IMG/VR virus record: IMGVR_UViG_3300037264_008423
Coordinates: 62,001 to 126,000 of that record
DNA: 64,000 nucleotides
Reading direction: 5' to 3' (one strand)
The notes beneath the pieces were generated by a model. The model worked only from the letters and a program-made list of their open reading frames with translations, had not been told where the DNA came from and did not search any database. A program made the position numbers and the translations under genes. Shown in pieces: positions 18,431-28,500 of this stretch (the first letter of the stretch is position 1; every line of letters starts with the position of its first letter).

Positions 18431-18453
18431 CGCAATCTCCACAAGCTTTTAAG
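18431..18453. repeat. Anti-repeat (inverted copy of the CRISPR repeat core)
   Basis: CTCCACAAGCTTTTAAG (18437-18453) is the exact reverse complement of repeat nt 10-26. Pairing extends with bulges to CGCA at 18431. Confidence 0.85.
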
Positions 18454-18476
18454 TGTTAAAAATAGTTCTACCGGAC

Positions 18477-18893
18477 ATGGAACAGCTCATTGCCCATTTA
18501 GTCGGAGATTACGTGCTACAGAGCCAGTGGATGGCCAATAACAAAGACCGGGAGAACCTGCCCTGCCTGCTGCACTGCCTGCTCTACACGGCCTGCTTCC
18601 TGGCGCTTACCGGGTCCTGGAAGGCCCTGCTGGTGATCGGCGTGACCCACTTCCTGATCGACCGCTTCCGGCTGGTCCGTTACCTGATATGGGCTAAAAA
18701 CTGGCTGACGCCCCTGGGCTACTACCCGTGGAGCGCCTGCCAGAGCACCGGCTACCTGGATGTGGAACAGGACCCCATCGGGCTTAAGGAACCGTGGGAC
18801 CAGCGGCCCATCTGGCTGCGCGTGTGGCTCTTGATTATCACTGACAACACCCTGCACCTGGCTCTCAACTACGCGGCCCTCAAATATTTGTGA
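18477..18893 (+). CDS. DUF3307-family membrane protein
   Basis: LIAHLVGDYVLQSQWMA...K, LLHCLLY, THFLIDRF and DNTLH motifs. Confidence 0.8.
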   Translation: MEQLIAHLVGDYVLQSQWMANNKDRENLPCLLHCLLYTACFLALTGSWKALLVIGVTHFLIDRFRLVRYLIWAKNWLTPLGYYPWSACQSTGYLDVEQDPIGLKEPWDQRPIWLRVWLLIITDNTLHLALNYAALKYL

Positions 18894-18989
18894 AATACTT
18901 CCTGCTCGCCCTGTTCTCCCTGGCGGCCACGACTTTCAGCCTGGCCTGGGACTTATGGCGTCAACACCGTAAAGAAAGGAAAGGAACCC

Positions 18990-19199
18990 ATGACAGTCAA
19001 AGCGAAAAGTCTGACCAAAAACCCCGCGCCTAAAGCGCGCGAAGTGGATTACGTCTGCCCCCATACCGGCCACACGGTCTATGTGGCCCACGGGCACATC
19101 ACGATCCAGGCCCACGGGCACACCACCCGGCTCTCTATCGCGCAATGGGCCAAGCTGGGTCGCATCGCTCTTCAGGTCGGGGAGTTTTTTGACCTATAG
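18990..19199 (+). CDS. Hypothetical protein
   Basis: 69-aa ORF preceded by GGAAAGGA. Confidence 0.55.
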   Translation: MTVKAKSLTKNPAPKAREVDYVCPHTGHTVYVAHGHITIQAHGHTTRLSIAQWAKLGRIALQVGEFFDL

Positions 19200-19202
19200 C
19201 CT

Positions 19203-19646
19203 ATGAGACCCCAAAGACCCATTACCACCCTGCGTGTCTCCTTTGATATTGGAGGCGTGCTCACCAAGTATCCCGAAGTCTTCAAGCCGATCATCAAAGC
19301 CCTCCAGGCAGCCCAAGACGTGGAGGTCTATTTCCTGACCGACATGCCCAAGGTCAAAGACGCCCTGGCCATGCTGGAGATGAACGGCATCCAGACGCCC
19401 CCGGAGCGGATCATCTGCTCGCCCTTTAAGCGGCGCGGTGAATCCTGCAAGGCGGTGGACTGCCTGACCAAGGACATTCACCTGCACATTGATGACTTTC
19501 CCGCCTACGTGGCAGCCGGGGCGCGGGTGCGCCTGCTGCTCATGCCCGACCTGGGCCGCCCCTACTACGCCAAAGACTGGAAGACAGACGGCAAGGAAGG
19601 CCGCTTTGGCCACTGGGTAGAGGACGAGCCAGAAGCCGCTTCGTAG
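19203..19646 (+). CDS. HAD-superfamily-like phosphatase
   Basis: RVSFDIGGVL (motif I-like), YFLT, K, LHIDD. Confidence 0.6.
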   Translation: MRPQRPITTLRVSFDIGGVLTKYPEVFKPIIKALQAAQDVEVYFLTDMPKVKDALAMLEMNGIQTPPERIICSPFKRRGESCKAVDCLTKDIHLHIDDFPAYVAAGARVRLLLMPDLGRPYYAKDWKTDGKEGRFGHWVEDEPEAAS

Positions 19647-19742
19647 GGGTCCAGTAAAGGGTCGAAGTGTAAGCGTTATATTCTGGTCAAGAGTCGAGGT
19701 TCACGCGGATTGGGTGTTTACAGGCCGTCAATAGGGTTTGAT

Positions 19743-19770
19743 TTGACTTTTACTAAAAAATGTTTACATT
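19743..19770 (+). promoter_or_regulatory. Sigma70-type (early) promoter
   Basis: TTGACT-N16-TACATT with the same GTTTACATT extension as the other early promoters. Confidence 0.6.
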
Positions 19771-19885
19771 TTCCTTGCGAGCTAACGGGGTAGGGGTGTA
19801 AACTTTGAAAAATTTGGACGAAGTGGCGTACCGTGGAAGGGCGCGCGCTGAGTCCGGTTCTGCCTGATTACGGCGGTAATGTGCT

Positions 19886-21199
19886 ATGAATGAAGCAATA
19901 ACAACGGGTAAATATGTGGTGACGACCCTGCCCCTTGAGCACTGGATCAAGCCCATTGAGTGCGATTCGCGGCAGGAAGCGGAGGATGTCTGCGGGGCGC
20001 TGCGCCGAGTGTGTGGCTCGAAGTTCGGGGCCAGTTGCGGCTGGGAAGTGTTGGAGACGATCCGCGCGCGCCGGTCGGAAATACGGCAACATCGCGCCAT
20101 CATGCAGATGATGGGCGAGGCCGCGCGGAAAGTGGAAAAGCTGATTAAAGTGAAATCCAGGAAAAAGCCATGAACTCCGTAGAGTATGCCATCGGCGGAG
20201 AGCCGATTCAGCCTTACCCGGACGAGCCGCACCCTGACAACGAGGCAGACTGGAAGCAGTGGTGGGTGCGCAAGCACTATCAACCCGATAGGCCGCTCCT
20301 TCAGGGCGACCTGGTGTTCATGCACCGAACCTGACTGGAGACTCTGGCCCGTTGGCCGGTCTCTCCTAAAACTAAGTTATGAAATCTGGTGAATTAAAAT
20401 GCGGCGTGGCACGGACTTGCGAGTCGTGCCTGCACCTGCGGCTCAGGACGCTCCAGGATCGGAAGCACGAGGCAGGCTACCACCATGCCCGGCACTGGTG
20501 CGCCAAGAATGATTTTCCGACGCTGCCGGGCGCTTTGCGCTGCGGCGGGGATGACTATGAGCGTCTTCAGGCGCGCTAGCTAAGGTAAACTATGAAAATA
20601 ATCAAACAAGGAGCTGTGGCCGTTGCCGGCGTAAAGTGGTGGTTGGGTAAAAAGGTCATCTGTGGTGTCTGCGGTTGCGAGGCGGAGCTGGAAGCCACAG
20701 ACAACGTGGCCTCGTTGACGGGCCATGATACGCGCCGGGCGGAGATCGCCTGCTGCATGGGCGGCTGTCTCGGAGTGATGGTCTTTTCGATGAATTTAAA
20801 GGAACTCCAAACCAAGGTTGCTTATGAGCCCGCCGAACAGCGTGATCGGGAAACCCAAGAGCCTCTTGTGGGGATTTGAGGAGCGCGCCTGCACTCGCTG
20901 CGGCGAGGTCAAGGGTGGAAGTCCATATCGGCTGTGCCGGTGCCAGCGTGAGGAACGCGGCATCCGGGACGGCGCGCAGCCCCATTTTGATCATGCCCAG
21001 GAAAATCCAACCCAGTCCTGAGATTACCGCGTGGACCAAACGTCTTGACGCGCTGCTCAAAGAGTGCCCACCGGGCCATTGGCTCTTCGCGGCCAATGGC
21101 CATCTGGTGATCCTGCGCTACCAGCGGGGGCGGGAGCGCACCCTCACGCGCGATGGCGGCATGGACCCCAAGCCGTTCCACACTCCGCGCCAATTTTAA
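19886..21199 (+). other. Cluster of small hypothetical genes (19886-20173, 20379-20579, 20592-20879 and an ORF ending at 21199), several with CxxC motifs
   Basis: Tandem short ORFs downstream of a promoter, e.g. CESCLH, CGVCGC. Confidence 0.5.
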
Positions 21200-21305
21200 A
21201 ACCCGTTCTATCCTGTGGCGAGTGCGAGCGTTTGGCTGATTCCGTAAGGATGACAGTAAAAGGATCGTCAGTTAATCCTCACTCCAGCGGTCCTCACAGG
21301 CCGCT

Positions 21306-21917
21306 GTGGATCTGATTGTCGCCCACGCGTTCCGCTACTCTGATTGCGGCGCACTCGCCCTTTTTTCCTCTATGTGTGACTGCATTGAAAAAGTAAACGC
21401 CAAGCTCGCGAAGCGGCACCTGGAACTGAAGCTGCACGCTATCATTGACACCACGACTTACCAAACCGGGCGCGCGCTGGCCCTGGAGACCGTGCGCACT
21501 AAGAAAGGGGTCAAGCCCGTTCCGGTCTTCTTGGAGTTTTGTCCTTTCTGCGGCCAGCCTTTCAAGGGGTCGGACCAGAAGATGGACACGCAGGCGGAAG
21601 TCAATGATCCCGCGACCGAGCGGAGGTTGGTCCAAGCTCTGGCGGGAAAAGCACCGGACGAGGAGCTGGTGTTCGAGGAGCCAGACACGCTTCGGGATAA
21701 CCAGGCTCAATTGGACTGGTATCCAGTCCGCTGCGGTTCTCTTGCGCTCACGGTGGGCACCGATGTGACGACGGACGACTGCAACGGCGAGCTGGTCCCC
21801 TGCGGCTCCATTACGGGCGGCACCCTCAATTACGTGACCGGCGAAATGCGGGTGACGGGTGTGGCGGCGGACAGCGCCTTTACAGCAACCTACCGATATG
21901 TATGTCAGAATCCCTAG
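21306..21917 (+). CDS. Hypothetical protein: Cys-rich N-terminal domain fused to a virion-like beta domain (true start probably later, at MCDC)
   Basis: MCDCIEKVNAKL...FCPFCG followed by LALTVG...DDCNG...GTLNYVTG. Confidence 0.5.
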   Translation: MDLIVAHAFRYSDCGALALFSSMCDCIEKVNAKLAKRHLELKLHAIIDTTTYQTGRALALETVRTKKGVKPVPVFLEFCPFCGQPFKGSDQKMDTQAEVNDPATERRLVQALAGKAPDEELVFEEPDTLRDNQAQLDWYPVRCGSLALTVGTDVTTDDCNGELVPCGSITGGTLNYVTGEMRVTGVAADSAFTATYRYVCQNP

Positions 21918-22525
21918 TCTTTTGTGATGTTACCGATCTGGTGAACCTGCCCGTGCCGGGAGATCCCCCGCTGGCCCGGCTGGTCGGCCAGCCTAAACAG
22001 GTGCGCTGGGCGGAGACGATACGCACCAGCCAGACCATCGAGTGGCACCACGATTTGCCGGAATTAGTTTACAAAGCGGTCCTGACTATCGAGGATGCAA
22101 CCTGGTGGATCGCCAAGCGCGAAAATGACGCCAGCCACATTAAGTGGCCCGTGTCCTGGCTGTCCCACTCTAAACGTTTGAACATGTTCAAACCGACCAA
22201 TGGACCGCCGCCAGAGCCAACCCCCCAGGGCAAGACCCTGATGGAAGTGTTCGCGGAAGAGGACTCGAAGAGAAGCCGGACCGTGGCGGAGGCGGCGGAG
22301 GCGGCGGAGGCGCGCGTGAAATCCGAGCGGGAGAAGGTCGATGCCGACCAGTTTGAGTCCTTTGCGCGCAAGGTCGCCAACTCGCCCGAACTGGCCTACC
22401 TGACCATTCTGTCCCAAATGTTCCGCATCAGCCGCAATCCCCATATCCACATCCATTACGAGAAAGCCAGGGAGCGGGTGCTCGCCCACCTGAAGGCCAT
22501 TAAGGACCTGGCTGGCGCTCCTTAG
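21902..22525 (+). CDS. Hypothetical protein
   Basis: 207-aa ORF. Confidence 0.6.
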   Translation: MSESLVFCDVTDLVNLPVPGDPPLARLVGQPKQVRWAETIRTSQTIEWHHDLPELVYKAVLTIEDATWWIAKRENDASHIKWPVSWLSHSKRLNMFKPTNGPPPEPTPQGKTLMEVFAEEDSKRSRTVAEAAEAAEARVKSEREKVDADQFESFARKVANSPELAYLTILSQMFRISRNPHIHIHYEKARERVLAHLKAIKDLAGAP

Positions 22526-22560
22526 CGGGGGGCTAGGGCCGTCCGTCCGGTATTTAGGTG

Positions 22561-23010
22561 ATGACGGATAATATTCACATCTTTGGCACTCTGACCGCTG
22601 TGGCACTGCAAATGTATGCCATTATCCTGGCGCAGCCTTTTCGCCGGTTTATGCCGCGCCGGACCTGGCAGCTTTTCATGGCGCTCAACCTGTGCGTCCT
22701 CAGTCGCCTCGTCCTCAGCTTCATGGAAATTGTTTTTGACTGGCGCGGCAATGCCTACGAGAACCTGGCGGTTTTGGTGGGCCTGTTCGTGTCCAGCTTC
22801 ATGCTGCTAGCCGTGATCAGCTTGCGCGCTTACATCATGAGCGAGCGCAAAAGGTTGGTGGAGTTAGCCAGGGCCACGCTCGATCTGGCCCTGGAAACCA
22901 AGAAGGAGGATTCCGTGGCCTACCAACTGGCGCTTCACTTCATCGAGCTGAGAGAAACCCAGGACACGGCCATTGCCGACGCCAAGAACGGCTCGAAACT
23001 CCGTAGTTAA
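22561..23010 (+). CDS. Membrane protein (3 predicted hydrophobic helices, soluble C-terminus)
   Basis: Hydrophobic stretches; TATTTA-N4-ATG start. Confidence 0.6.
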   Translation: MTDNIHIFGTLTAVALQMYAIILAQPFRRFMPRRTWQLFMALNLCVLSRLVLSFMEIVFDWRGNAYENLAVLVGLFVSSFMLLAVISLRAYIMSERKRLVELARATLDLALETKKEDSVAYQLALHFIELRETQDTAIADAKNGSKLRS

Positions 23011-23013
23011 GGC

Positions 23014-23640
23014 GTGCTGGGCAGTCGTCATAGTTTTCGGGACATCAATGTCCGTCATCCGCAGTCCACGGCGTTTCGCGCCGGGGAGGAACGCTGGATT
23101 ACCCAAGCCTCGGCGGCTGTGGCGCTGGAAATTGTTTCGGCGGGGGCCTTCACCGACGCGCTGAGCCTGACCATCGTGGGCACGGGCAGTGTTTACATGC
23201 TTCAGACCGCCTACGACGTGGGCGCTGGCACGGACGCGCTGTCAATGGCGGCGAGTTTGGGCAACATCGGAGGCTATGACATCTACAATACCGTAAACAA
23301 CGGCAACATGGCCTTAGCGGTGTTTGGCACTCACTTCGAGGCGCTCTTGGACTTGCAAAGCGTGGGGACCAGCGCCCAGTCGATGGACCTCGCTTTGTTC
23401 GGCAGCTATCGTGAAGTGGTGTCGGCGGTGGATACCGGCACCGAGGCATGGCAGATGACGCTCTCCGTCATGGGCACTTACCTTCAGACGGTGACTTCAA
23501 CTGACGCTGGAACGGATACCAGCAGCCTGTCCCTGGGGGTGTTCGGCACCCATACGAGTGTCACGGTTCACGCCGGAACTTACGCGGAAAGCCAAAACAA
23601 CTTCATGGTGACTGTCTTTGGAACCTATCTCGCTATTTAA
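23014..23640 (+). CDS. Putative virion structural protein with internal ~30-aa repeats
   Basis: Repeated (V/F/M)GT...D.GT..L.L pattern. Confidence 0.5.
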   Translation: MLGSRHSFRDINVRHPQSTAFRAGEERWITQASAAVALEIVSAGAFTDALSLTIVGTGSVYMLQTAYDVGAGTDALSMAASLGNIGGYDIYNTVNNGNMALAVFGTHFEALLDLQSVGTSAQSMDLALFGSYREVVSAVDTGTEAWQMTLSVMGTYLQTVTSTDAGTDTSSLSLGVFGTHTSVTVHAGTYAESQNNFMVTVFGTYLAI

Positions 23641-23643
23641 GTT

Positions 23644-24867
23644 ATGAATTTGATTGCGTCAGTAGGCTATACTTTGCGCGGAGAGATCGAGGCCAGTATT
23701 GTGGAGCGCGGCCAGGTGGTGCGGCGGTTTCCGCGCCAGCGCAACTTGATTTTAAACCAGGGCTTGGATCAAATTGCCTCCCTCTACATCGCAAACTGTT
23801 TTCAATACGCGGCGATGGGTTCGGGCACCACGCCCACGGAGTCGGATAGCGGGGTGGAGACTGTGAATATCGTTTCCGGCACCGCTACGATCTCCACGAT
23901 TGGATTTTTGGCGGGTGACGCGACAGACGTGGGCAAGACCATCAAACTGGATACGTCAGGCAATACTTTCCTGGTTACGGGATTCACGAGCACCACCCAA
24001 TGCACGGTTAGCCCCAGTAGCACTATCGGGCCGGACACGTTCATCATTTACAACACCAACCAGACGGGTTTGACCACCGAGATTACCGGGGGCGGCGGCG
24101 CTTCACGGCGCACCAGCACTTATCTGACAGGCGCGCCTAATTGCCAGACCGTGACCACGGGCGCGGTGACCGTCCTGACCCGCACCTTTGATTTTTCCGT
24201 GGAGACGGGTCCCAATTCGTGTAATGAAGTGGGATTTGCCAGCACGTCCACGGTCGGTTCCAACCTGTTTTCCCGCATCAAGCTGCCCTCCACCGCCTCG
24301 CTCACAGCCGGACAGCAGCTACGGGTGAAGTATAGCGTGTCGGTTACGGTCTCTCCCATTACGCCGCAGACTATCGGCTCCTCACCCGTGGTGGGCTGGC
24401 CAGCCGCGACCGGCACCCTTCAGTGCGAGGAAATTCCCGTCGCTTTCATTCAGACCAATGGTTTTGTAGTCAGCACCAAAGCCTTCAACTCGGTCGATAG
24501 CAAATACTACTGCGGTTTCGGCGAGCCATCGACCACCGGCGACAACTTTACGACGATTTCCATGTCTTCCACGGCTCCGGCGCACGGCACCTACGGCGCG
24601 GCCAGATCGGCTTCGGCCTGGCTCACCCAGGAGGGGTATCGGCCCACGCTGAGCACCTACACGGTGGGCACCTATACGCGGGATCAGCTTTATACTTTTC
24701 TGGTCGGCCAGGCGAATCGAAGCGACTGGCGCGCGCTGTATTTGATGGATGCGGGTTCCGCCAGCAACGACGTGGTGTTCCTATACGTGTTTGACACGAT
24801 TCAGCAGAAGCTCAGCACACACACGCTGACCGTGGGCTTCCGGCACACCTGGGGCCGCGTTCTATAA
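23644..24867 (+). CDS. Putative baseplate/tail-fibre-associated structural protein
   Basis: RNLILNQGLD, AMGSGTTP and NEVGF...LFSRI motifs typical of phage tail-fibre/baseplate adaptor proteins; Thr-rich. Confidence 0.6.
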   Translation: MNLIASVGYTLRGEIEASIVERGQVVRRFPRQRNLILNQGLDQIASLYIANCFQYAAMGSGTTPTESDSGVETVNIVSGTATISTIGFLAGDATDVGKTIKLDTSGNTFLVTGFTSTTQCTVSPSSTIGPDTFIIYNTNQTGLTTEITGGGGASRRTSTYLTGAPNCQTVTTGAVTVLTRTFDFSVETGPNSCNEVGFASTSTVGSNLFSRIKLPSTASLTAGQQLRVKYSVSVTVSPITPQTIGSSPVVGWPAATGTLQCEEIPVAFIQTNGFVVSTKAFNSVDSKYYCGFGEPSTTGDNFTTISMSSTAPAHGTYGAARSASAWLTQEGYRPTLSTYTVGTYTRDQLYTFLVGQANRSDWRALYLMDAGSASNDVVFLYVFDTIQQKLSTHTLTVGFRHTWGRVL

Positions 24868-24870
24868 AGC

Positions 24871-25080
24871 GTGCTGGAGATACTTAAGTTTACATTTTCA
24901 AGCTTTTGGATCTGGCTGGGGACCTGCGCGCTGATTTTCTGCGTGACCTCGGCGTTCGCTTCCATGATCGGGTTTTTCCGGGCGCTCCTCCGCGAGCACC
25001 GCTGCTGCCACTGTGAACATAAGAGTATCGAACGTATTAATCGCCAATCGGGCAACGATCAACGGCAACATTTATCCTAG
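24871..25080 (+). CDS. Small membrane protein
   Basis: MLEILKFTFSSFWIWLG...; hydrophobic. Confidence 0.55.
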   Translation: MLEILKFTFSSFWIWLGTCALIFCVTSAFASMIGFFRALLREHRCCHCEHKSIERINRQSGNDQRQHLS

Positions 25081-25399
25081 AGAGGTAGTGCGCAAAGCCG
25101 CCGCGCTCGCCCAGGAAAAGGTCAAGCAGCGCAAGCTCCTGGTCCATGCTGGAGATCCGCCGACGCTGCGCAACGCGGTGGGGATCGTTACCCGGCTCGA
25201 CGAAGATGGCGGCCAGGTTTCCATGTCCGTGGAAATGCTGCCCGTCATGGAAGCGCAAGCCGTGGCCCAGGAAATCAAAACGGGCAGATTGAAGCTGGCT
25301 CCACGAGGGACGGGAACCGTGGTGGACGGGGGGGTGATCCAGGACGATTTTCAACTGGAGTCCTGGGACCTGGCGTTCCCCAAAAAGGAAACGCCATGA
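25013..25399 (+). CDS. T4 gp21-like prohead core protease paralogue, probably catalytically dead
   Basis: NGNIYPREVV, RGTGTV and VIQDDFQLESWDL resemble the S80 protease motifs (N.N.R.YP, SSRG.G, V.DDF.L..FD). The catalytic-Ser motif reads LAPRG. Confidence 0.65.
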   Translation: MNIRVSNVLIANRATINGNIYPREVVRKAAALAQEKVKQRKLLVHAGDPPTLRNAVGIVTRLDEDGGQVSMSVEMLPVMEAQAVAQEIKTGRLKLAPRGTGTVVDGGVIQDDFQLESWDLAFPKKETP

Positions 25400-25572
25400 C
25401 TAAGCCTATTAAAGAACCCAAGATTAGCACTCGCCTGCTGGCACCCGCCACGCGCACGGTCATTCAGATTGATTTGGGCGGCCTGACGGCGCGCGAAAAG
25501 TGGCTGAAGGTGGACGCTTGGCTCGAAAAGCTGCGCTCTAAGTTGGCGCTGTCCAAATCCGGTAGTTAGGGC

Positions 25573-28500
25573 GTGACGCGCGCCGAGCAAGCCATACGTA
25601 GTTTGGTTGAGGACGAGGACTTCGAGCTGAAGGACCTGGTGTCGGACTATGACGGGAATCCCATCCTGAAGCTGCCCCGTGGCCGGGAAGAGGTATTGGT
25701 CGAGTTAGGGGGTGAACTATACACAGGCACCGCCCAAACCTTATGGGACTGGCTGCACGATCCGTATATCTGGCGTTTTGTGATATGGGTGGACGGTCAC
25801 CTGGTTACCGGAATGCGAGGCAATGTCACTGACATCAACGATGCTGGTCTTTCCATCAAGCTCCTCGATCAGCAGGGGAACTACCTGCGCAAGACGGTTC
25901 AGAAATCTGAACCGGTTATCGGTCTTAATTCCCGCACGGAGAGGGGGCAGCGTCCGCCTGATGCGGTCGCGCTGGAGTTTCTCCCAGCGGGTTTTAGACT
26001 GAGCGAGTCCGAGGAAGAGGACTTTGACACCAAGGATCTGGTTGGAGAAGCGGTGTTGATGCCGGATACGGCGCAGGCAGCCGAGCTAACGGCGGAAGCT
26101 TTGGACGGGATCACGAAGGCCATCGAGGCGGGACCTAAGCTGGACTGGACTAAAAAGGAGTCAAAGGGTTTGTGGCTCAAGGAGTGGCCAGGACTACTGC
26201 ATAAGTTTAGCACGGACAGGGTAAAGCTGCGCTATTCGCCAGCGGGAACGTTTCATGCGGCTTATCAGTATGGTGGTTTGATTGTTATCTTTGTGCCGCC
26301 TTTGACCGAGATGGGGCCGGGCTACCGGCTGGACTTAACTCGGCGCACCTTGGAAAAACTTGTCCATCATGAGCTGGTGCATCACGCGCAATGGCAGCGC
26401 CATCAAGGCAAAAACAAGGGAACAATCAGCCGTAAAGGAGTTGCTCAAGACCCGGCTGCTTATTTTAACACAAAATCGGAGCTTATGGCCAGGGCGCACG
26501 ATTATGTCTTGGGTCTGGCGGGGCGCGTGGGTGGCTACAGCAACGGGAAGATCCTTTCCCGCTCGGAGGTCATCTACCGCATTCGGCAGCCCGGAGACGA
26601 GCGTGGGAGCCTTAACTTGAAGTATTTGACCCCCAAATCCAGACGACGTTTTTTCAAGTATGCTTACCAGTATGCTCAGCAGTTACCAGAGTCGGTCGAG
26701 GACGATTTCGAGACCAAGGACCTGGAGACCCAGGACCCGACCCGCCTGCGTATGCCGGTTGCTTTTGCCAACGTGCCGGAGGGGTTTGAGTTTAAAAAGG
26801 ACGATGGACAGGCCGTGCGCAAGCAGGGCACGGGCTACACGGTGGGCGGCGAGTTTCATAACCTGGGCAATCCAAAATACTGGTGCTACCCCGTGGACTG
26901 GGATCTGCCGACGATCAGTTCCTTTGGCCGGAAATGGTATCGCACGCGCCAACCGTTGCCCCCGCTGTCCAGGGCGCTGGAGTCAGTCGAGGACGATTTC
27001 GAGATCAAAGACCTGGAGCTGTCCGAGGAGGAATTGGATCTGCTGGCGGCTACGGAGGTCGCCGACCGGCTGAATCGGGCCGGGTTCAAGTTCACCATCG
27101 ATAAAAATCTGCACTTCATGCTGGATGACCGGATGCACGGTCGGGAAATCCGGTTGGGGCCAACGGTTCAGTTTATCTTGGAGCCGCGCAAGACCAATGC
27201 TGACCGGGGTGAGTCCTGGGTTAAAATGTGGACGCGCATTCAGTATATTCCCGATTACGGCGAATTTTATACTGTCTGGAAGAATCACTTGCAGCAGGTG
27301 GTGGGGGCAGAGAACCCCATTTGGATCTTTGGCAACAATGCCTATGAAATTACGATTCCCGTAGGCCCGTCCACGCAACAGAAGATGGTGGAGCGCCTGG
27401 CTGAGAAGATCCAGGAGTCCCAGCCTGCGGACCGGGAGCGGCTTGAAAAGGTTTACGATAAAATCTACAAGTTGGCGGAAGCGCACGGCCAGGAGTCCGA
27501 GGAGGATGATTTCGAGACTAAGGACCTGGAAACCAGCTCGGATGAAAGCCTGATCGTAGGCCACGCGACCGAGGGTCAGAGTCCCCATGATTTGGCGCTG
27601 CGCGTGAGCATGTATGGCTGGCAAAACCCGGTGTTGTCCGAGCCTGGCCCGGACGATCCCAGTTGGGAAGTGCGCTTTAATTATCCGCGCGGCGCGATCC
27701 CGGACAACGATCCCGCGCAAGTGGACCAGGCGGCCTGGCACGTGATCGAGCTGGCGGCGGCCATGTCCTTTCGGGGCCACATTCGGGTGACACGTGTCCA
27801 GGATGCCGACTATGACTTTGTTTTCCGCGTCGAGCCGCTGGTCCAGGAAAGCGAGGACGACGATGATGTGGACATGAAGGCGCTCTTCGACGATCCGCCC
27901 TCCGAGTGGCGCTACGTGGGAACGGTCCAGGTGGACCAGGACCAGGGTATCGAGCGCTTTGTATTTCGCAGACACGGCATAATTGATGAGACTTTGGAGA
28001 TGCATCTGCATGAGCAGGCCCCAGGGCGGTGGATCGTCAATTTTTACGTTCAGGGCGTGGGATTCCTGAGCCGCACGGAAATTCATGTCAACGGCTTGAC
28101 TCAGGCGTCGCACATCGCCCGGCAGCAGGCGACCGACTTTTTTACGGAAAACGGCTATCTGACTCCGATCACGGAGAGCCAGGAGCGGGAGACGCGCCGA
28201 TACAAGGTCACGGCGGACCCTGAGCACCTGGATCAGATCGAGCAGCTTTTCTGGTGGGTGAACAGCACGCATTCGGGCCACAGTGGCAGCGCCAAGATCT
28301 ACGTGGATGGCGACGGCGCGGCGCGGGTGGGGATCGAGAAAGAGGAGGGCGAGCTAAAGCGACCGGAGGAAGAGGTCCATTCCCGGTGCGACGGCGAGGC
28401 CGAGTTCTCGGTGTGCCTGGAGGATGAGGAGGACGACTTCGAGGTTAAAGACCTGGTGCCCGACCCGGCTTATATTCAGTGGGACCTGGTGGGGACCGCG

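Noticed and set aside
15294-18453. Calling the locus a CAST (type V-K) or an active nuclease system
   Set aside because: No tnsB/tnsC/tniQ or transposon ends in the window, the repeat is unlike Cas12k repeats as I recall them, and canonical RuvC acidic residues are not visible.
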